Assembly (NCBI GenBank): GCA_013425375.1
Contig: JACCLH010000004.1
Coordinates: 1-40,199, forward strand
Direction of reading: 5' to 3'
Length of the DNA stretch: 40,199 bases
From: Candidatus Micrarchaeota archaeon
Lineage (GTDB): Archaea > Micrarchaeota > Micrarchaeia > Anstonellales > Bilamarchaeaceae
Below are positions 35,125 to 40,199 of the stretch, piece by piece. The notes below the pieces were generated by a model. The model worked only from the letters and a program-made list of their open reading frames with translations, was not told the DNA's origin and searched no databases. How positions within the stretch are numbered: the stretch's first letter is position 1; each line of letters begins with the position of its first letter. Made by a program: the position numbers and the translations under genes.

Positions 35125-35266
35125 GAGACCACCTCAATTCACGTATGACTAACCATATATAGGAATAAATAGGTTTCGAAGAAGACCGGTGTGGACCTGA
35201 GATGGCAGGACAGCACCGACGACAACCATTAAAACCGTTGCCGACGCATCTTATTAGGAGCTAATC

Positions 35267-36565
35267 ATGTTCGGCACTTCAGGCATCAGAGGGATATACG
35301 GCAAAGACATAACCGAGGGACTGGCCGGGAAGCTGGCTTCGGTGTTCGCAGAGGCCGGACTATGCCTTGGCCGTGACATAAGGACGAGCGGACCATCCCT
35401 TTTCAAGGCGGCTGCTTCCGGAGCCCTGTCTGCAGGCTCTGATGTAATTGACCTGGGGATAGTGCCAACGCCCACAGTGGCCCTGGCGACAAAGAAGCAT
35501 GGCTGCAGGGGCATCATGCTCACCGCATCGCACAACCCTCCTGAGTACAACGGCTTCAAGCTCATAGAGCATGGCAAGGAGATAGGCAAGGCCATGGAGA
35601 AGGAAGTGGAAAGGAGATGCAAAGAGGGATGGAAGGCAAGTGGCGGGAATGGCACGCTCGTCCATGACAATGACATCCTGGATGACCATAAGCAGATGGT
35701 GATGGGAATGGTGGACAGGAAAGCTGTCGCCAGGAAGAAGCCGAAGGTGGTCGTGGACTGCAATGGCGCTGCTTCAGTAATAACGCCTTATCTGCTCTCT
35801 GACCTCGGCTGCAGGGTCATAAGCGTGAACGCTTCCAGGGATTGCTTCAACCGGCCATCAGAGCCGAGCAGGGAGAACCTGGCATACTTATCTCGTTTTG
35901 TCGCTGATGTGGGCGCTGACTTCGCGATAGCGCATGACGGAGACGGGGACCGCTGCGCAGTGATGGACGAGAAGGGCGATGTCCTGCCGCTGGATGCCCA
36001 GCTCGCAATCATGATAGACCATGAGATGGCAGGCGCCAAGAACAGGAAGGTGATATCCACTGTGGAGGCATCGCTGACTATCAGGGATGTGGTGGAGAAG
36101 AACGGCGGGACGATAATGATAACACAGGTGGGAAGCACCTTCGTCGGGGATGCGCTTGAGGAGAAAGGGGCGCTTTTCGGCGGCGAGCCATGCGGCGAAT
36201 ACATTTATGGGGAAGGCGTCCATGTGCCTGACGCGGTCGTGGCGGCTGCGAAGTTCGCCGAGATATTCTGCGAACATGGGAAGTTCTCCAGGCTGCGGAC
36301 AAGATACCCCCAGCATTTCATGGCAAGGGAGAGGTTCCAGGCGAAAGACAATAAGGCGTCCATGGAGAAGGTGAAGCAGGCCATCGCGATAGAAGGCGAA
36401 ATGCGGAGCGATGACGGCATACGGATAGACGAGGAGGACGGCTGGCTGCTGATAAGGGCGTCCGGCACAGAGCCCATAATAAGGCTCACCATGGAGTACA
36501 AGAGCAAAGAGAAGCTGGAGAGAAGGAAGAAGGAGATGACAGAGATTATTAAGAAGAACATCTAG
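35267..36565 (+). CDS. Phosphohexomutase (phosphoglucosamine mutase/PMM-PGM family)
   Basis: FGTSGIRG, TASHNP, DGDGDR, GGE, RASGTEP motifs. Confidence 0.93.
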   Translation: MFGTSGIRGIYGKDITEGLAGKLASVFAEAGLCLGRDIRTSGPSLFKAAASGALSAGSDVIDLGIVPTPTVALATKKHGCRGIMLTASHNPPEYNGFKLIEHGKEIGKAMEKEVERRCKEGWKASGGNGTLVHDNDILDDHKQMVMGMVDRKAVARKKPKVVVDCNGAASVITPYLLSDLGCRVISVNASRDCFNRPSEPSRENLAYLSRFVADVGADFAIAHDGDGDRCAVMDEKGDVLPLDAQLAIMIDHEMAGAKNRKVISTVEASLTIRDVVEKNGGTIMITQVGSTFVGDALEEKGALFGGEPCGEYIYGEGVHVPDAVVAAAKFAEIFCEHGKFSRLRTRYPQHFMARERFQAKDNKASMEKVKQAIAIEGEMRSDDGIRIDEEDGWLLIRASGTEPIIRLTMEYKSKEKLERRKKEMTEIIKKNI

Positions 36566-36586
36566 AAAAATAGACGGGGTGGTTCC

Positions 36587-37471
36587 TTGTTTGTAGCTGT
36601 TTTGTCTGATAAGCCTGAACTGAGGGAGCAGTTCTGCAGGCTTATGGGGAAGGAGACAGGGAGAGATGACCTGAGCTTCTATTCAGCAAGCCATGAGGGC
36701 CGCACCTTGACACTGATCGAACCGACGCTTTATCCTGAGAAGATACAGCCCCTGCTTTATTCGCTCTCTATGGCGGATTGCGCAGTGGTGCTGGTGGACG
36801 CGCTGACCCCGAAGGTTGGCGAGATAATCGTGGCGCTGAACGCCATGAGGATAGAGAAGGGCATCATAGTGTCTTCTGCCCAGCTTCCGCTCGCAGGCAC
36901 GGTCCTTGACAAGTACGGGAAGGCAGCTGATATGGATGCGGCGAAGCGGATGCTGCTGGCCATCCAACGCGATGCGGCCGGAGAAAACGCCATGGCGCTC
37001 GTGGACAAATCCTTTGCGGTCAAATCGGTCGGGAACGTGGCGCTGGGCGCTGTGAAGTCAGGGAGCATAAAGAAGCACGAGAAGCTCTTCCTGCTGCCTT
37101 CGAAGAAGGAGATCGAGGTCAGGAGCATACAGATAAGCGATGCGGATGCAGAGGAGGCGGCTGCAGGCTCCAGGTTCGGCATGGCCTACAAGGGCGAGCT
37201 GCTGGAGCGGGGCGTGCTGGTGCCGCTGAGGAACGAGTTCCAGGTCGAGAACGTGGTGAACGGCAGGTTCAACAGGAGCCCGTTCTTCAAGGACGAGCTG
37301 AAAGGCAGGATACACGCATATACCAACATGCAGTTCGTGGAGGGCATGGTGACCGACAACGACCTCACGCTGTCGCAGCCGCTGGCTTTCGAGAAAGGCG
37401 AAATCATACTGGTGGTCGATGCGAGCAACCAGAAACTCAGGATAGCAGGGACGTTCCAAAGCAAATGGTGA
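36587..37471 (+). CDS. Archaeal SelB-like/EF-Tu domain II-containing factor (aSelBL-like), no P-loop
   Basis: YPEKIQPL...L, VDKSF.VK.VG.VALG.V..G, RSIQ..D motifs; TTG start with GGGGTGG RBS. Confidence 0.8.
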   Translation: MFVAVLSDKPELREQFCRLMGKETGRDDLSFYSASHEGRTLTLIEPTLYPEKIQPLLYSLSMADCAVVLVDALTPKVGEIIVALNAMRIEKGIIVSSAQLPLAGTVLDKYGKAADMDAAKRMLLAIQRDAAGENAMALVDKSFAVKSVGNVALGAVKSGSIKKHEKLFLLPSKKEIEVRSIQISDADAEEAAAGSRFGMAYKGELLERGVLVPLRNEFQVENVVNGRFNRSPFFKDELKGRIHAYTNMQFVEGMVTDNDLTLSQPLAFEKGEIILVVDASNQKLRIAGTFQSKW

Positions 37472-37478
37472 CCAGCGC

Positions 37479-37985
37479 ATGAAGCCGGAAGCCTACCAGA
37501 AACAGCTCATCATTTATCTCAACAACAAGTCCTATGGCCAGGCATATGACCTGGCCAGGCAGTATCTCGCTGAATATCCGGATGACATGGTGGCGCATTT
37601 CCTGCTGGCGAAATCAGCGTTGTGGGCGGAGAAATACGAGGAAGCGGCCCTGGAGGCGCGGAAGGCTTTCAACCTGGCCAGGAACGAGGCTGACATGGTG
37701 ATGTGCGCGGTACATGCCTGCATAGCCTATTACAGGCTCCAGCAGTACGGCAAGGGGTTCGAGCTCCTGAAGTCCCTGGAGAGCGTGCGGACATGCGAGG
37801 AGACCGAGCAGCTGGCCTTCCTGTTCAGCCTGGCCATTGGCAATGATTGGGAGGCAAGAAGGCATTTCGATTCCATGATGAACATAGACAGCGATGCTGC
37901 CATGGGGTTCCTGCAGGAGGTCGCTGAGGGAGCCCAGATAGATTATGAGAAGCTGGTCAGGAAGACAGACAGGATAACCTACTAA
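37479..37985 (+). CDS. TPR-like helical repeat protein
   Basis: Y..A......L...P....H..LA pattern; abuts the upstream gene. Confidence 0.7.
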   Translation: MKPEAYQKQLIIYLNNKSYGQAYDLARQYLAEYPDDMVAHFLLAKSALWAEKYEEAALEARKAFNLARNEADMVMCAVHACIAYYRLQQYGKGFELLKSLESVRTCEETEQLAFLFSLAIGNDWEARRHFDSMMNIDSDAAMGFLQEVAEGAQIDYEKLVRKTDRITY

Positions 37986-38213
37986 CTAGGTGGTTTTCGG
38001 TCCCTTTAGACGCTGGAAGAAGCCGCGGACCGCGCCGCCGATGCTCCCTTTCACACCGTTTATAAGGGCCTTGAGCTCTGGTTTTCCCATCATCTGGTCC
38101 TGTGACATGCCTCTTTGGCCCAGGCTGGATGCGAGTCTTGACACCTGCTTCTGCGTTTCTTCACTGGATAGCTCCTCTTTCGGGCCTCCTTTGAATGCAG
38201 CGGATGGTGACAT
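37986..38213 (-). CDS. Small hypothetical protein
   Basis: 75-aa ORF filling the gap between the translin gene (9 nt away) and the convergent TPR gene. Confidence 0.55.
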   Translation of the reverse strand: MSPSAAFKGGPKEELSSEETQKQVSRLASSLGQRGMSQDQMMGKPELKALINGVKGSIGGAVRGFFQRLKGPKTT

Positions 38214-38222
38214 AGGGATTCC

Positions 38223-38774
38223 TCAAAGCAGTTCTCCTCTGGCCTGCTCTATCTGGTGCCTTGCGACGTCCTGCTTCTTGCGGAACTCAGGCAGGATGGC
38301 GTTGGAGAACCTCAATGGGAGGAGCTCGTCGTATATCTCCTCCATCATCTTGAAATAGAACTCAGCCTCATGCTTGTTGCCGCGGCGGAGGGACTCATAC
38401 ATCTCCCTTTTCAGCTCGCCCGTCGCGTCAAGCAGGCCGAGGAGGTAGGGGATCTCCGGGACCTTGAGCTTGGCATAGCTGGGTATCTTCTTGAGCTCTA
38501 TGGCAGAGAGGACTATCTGCGCCTCGGCATACTCCTGGTAGATATGGTTGAGCTGGCCAGGGAACTGCTCGGCATAGGGCGCGAGCTCCTTGAGCGCGTC
38601 TTCTGCCTCCTTGAGATGAACCTTTGCGGTCTTCATCTCATAGGCGTGCATGGCCTTTATGGCATTGGAGCACGAGCGGACCACCTTGCGGTTCTCTGCG
38701 AGGACGATGTCGAGCTTCGCCTCCTTATCTGAGAGCATCTTCGCTATCTTGTTTATGCCGATATCGAGCGTCAT
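38223..38774 (-). CDS. Translin/TRAX-family protein
   Basis: QEYAEA, YLLGLLD..GEL.R, FRKK.D motifs. Confidence 0.9.
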   Translation of the reverse strand: MTLDIGINKIAKMLSDKEAKLDIVLAENRKVVRSCSNAIKAMHAYEMKTAKVHLKEAEDALKELAPYAEQFPGQLNHIYQEYAEAQIVLSAIELKKIPSYAKLKVPEIPYLLGLLDATGELKREMYESLRRGNKHEAEFYFKMMEEIYDELLPLRFSNAILPEFRKKQDVARHQIEQARGELL

Positions 38775-38824
38775 GGATAAAAGATGCTGGGGAGGATTAA
38801 AAAACTAGCCTTGGAAAGCCATCC

Positions 38825-39514
38825 ATGCACGTTGTACTATCTATAGGCGGAAGCTCGATAATACCAGAAGGGAAACCTGACATCGCTTTTCTGAAGGCCA
38901 TGGCCCTGACGATAAAGAAGAGCAAGAACAGTTTCGGCATCCTGTGCGGCGGGGGAACCGTCGCGAGGACCTATGCGGCAGCCGCAAGGGAGCTGGGCGC
39001 TGGGGAATACGAGGCTGATTCCATAGCCATAACATCGACACGGCAGAACGCCCAGCTCGTGATGGCTGCGCTCGCTGGCGCTGGGGTGGATGTTTACAGG
39101 AGGGTGTTGACGGATTTCGAGGATGCGAAAGGCCCTGCGCGCGACAACAAGGTGGTCGTGATGGGAGGGACCATCCCTGGAATAACCACTGACACTGATT
39201 CAGTGCTGCTGGCAGAGGCCATCGGAGCGCAGAGGCTGGTGAACATAAGCAATGTGGACGCAGTGTATGACTCCGACCCGCGCAAGAACCCTTCTGCGAA
39301 GAAGTTCCAGAAGATGGCCTACGACGAGCTGATAGGGCTCGCGGCGTCCAGCGACAAGAGGATGGCCGGAACGAATTTCATATTTGACATGCTCGCCTGC
39401 AGATTGATAGCGCGCTCCAGGATAGAGACGCACTTCGTATCCTTCAGGAAGATGGCTGACGTCGAGAATGCGATAGAAGGGAAGAAGCACAACGGGACTG
39501 TCGTCAGCTCTTGA
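38825..39514 (+). CDS. pyrH: UMP kinase (archaeal type)
   Basis: SIGGS, GGG..AR.Y, GGT.PG.TTD, VDAVYDSDP motifs. Confidence 0.93.
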   Translation: MHVVLSIGGSSIIPEGKPDIAFLKAMALTIKKSKNSFGILCGGGTVARTYAAAARELGAGEYEADSIAITSTRQNAQLVMAALAGAGVDVYRRVLTDFEDAKGPARDNKVVVMGGTIPGITTDTDSVLLAEAIGAQRLVNISNVDAVYDSDPRKNPSAKKFQKMAYDELIGLAASSDKRMAGTNFIFDMLACRLIARSRIETHFVSFRKMADVENAIEGKKHNGTVVSS

Positions 39515-40199
39515 TGTACTTGCCCACTTCCTTGTCAGGCAGGGTTATGCACTTCTTGGCCTTCACCGTGACATAGGATATCTCCACGTTCTCCTGCTGG
39601 AGCTTCTCCTCCTGGGTTTTGCGGAGCGCGTCCACGCAGAGCTTTATGGATTCGTCCAGCGTGAGCTTCTCGTCGTACTTGGCCTCCAGGAGCTCGTCAA
39701 CCTCTTTCTTGTTTGCCCCGATGGAATCTGCCTTGTAGGCTGTCATGGCACCGCTGGGCTCTGCTTCGAATAGCTTTGGGCCCAGGTCATCCACGCCGGC
39801 TATGAGCAATGATACGCCGAACGGCCTTATGCCACCGTATTGGGTGTATATCTGCATGAGGTCGCACACGCTCCTGGCGACGCTGTCCACGCTGGGCGCC
39901 TCGCTGTAGGTTATCCTGTGCCTCTGGGCATCCACCCTTGCGATGTCCACCAGGCGCCTGGCGTCTGCGATGAGTCCGCTGGCTGTGACGCAGACATGGC
40001 TGTCTATCTCGAAGACCTTTTTCAGGGATTCAGGCACGACCAGCTTGGAATGGATGGACTTGAATGCCACCAGTGCCACGCCCTCCTTTGAGGTTATGCC
40101 TATCGCCGTGGCTCCTCTCTTGACAGCCTCTTTGGCGTATTCCACCTGGAAAAGCCTGCCGTCAGGGCTGAAAACGGTTATCGCTCGGTCATATGCTTG
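39504..40199 (-). CDS. psmA: Proteasome alpha subunit (5' end lies outside the window)
   Basis: The frame stays open to the window edge: QAYDRAITVFSPDGRLFQVEYA, SGLIADAR, RPFGVSLLIAG. Confidence 0.96.
   Translation of the reverse strand, partial: QAYDRAITVFSPDGRLFQVEYAKEAVKRGATAIGITSKEGVALVAFKSIHSKLVVPESLKKVFEIDSHVCVTASGLIADARRLVDIARVDAQRHRITYSEAPSVDSVARSVCDLMQIYTQYGGIRPFGVSLLIAGVDDLGPKLFEAEPSGAMTAYKADSIGANKKEVDELLEAKYDEKLTLDESIKLCVDALRKTQEEKLQQENVEISYVTVKAKKCITLPDKEVGKYIKS

Noticed and set aside
36587-37471. Selenocysteine machinery (SelB)
   Set aside because: It lacks GTPase motifs and fits the aSelBL-like family; no tRNA-Sec or in-frame UGA gene was seen.

Overview
Core chromosomal region of an archaeon, most likely DPANN/Micrarchaeota. 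This is inferred from TBP, RpoF, eL21, eS26, the proteasome alpha subunit, Pth2, PurP, an aSelBL-like factor, multi-intron tRNAs and mostly leaderless genes whose start lies about 30 nt after a TATA box. The window holds about 40 CDS, four tRNAs (Leu-CAG; Phe-GAA with three introns; Arg-TCG and Val-TAC with one each), a LAGLIDADG intein in an XPD/Rad3 helicase, and a diverged ~2.65-kb tandem duplication of unknown genes. The most striking signal is a 22-codon Leu-rich leader peptide (8133-8201) directly upstream of a LeuA-type 2-isopropylmalate synthase. Its Leu codons are complementary to the leuA Shine-Dalgarno region, which makes it a candidate ribosome-mediated leucine attenuator in an archaeon. 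Other highlights: a TBP whose two repeats share 83-bp and 35-bp identical DNA tracts, a glutamine synthetase homologue with a degenerate active site, an orphan gene resembling a DGR variable-region target, structured non-coding elements beside tRNAs, and recurrent twin palindromes. All calls come from motif recognition by eye; no searches were run.
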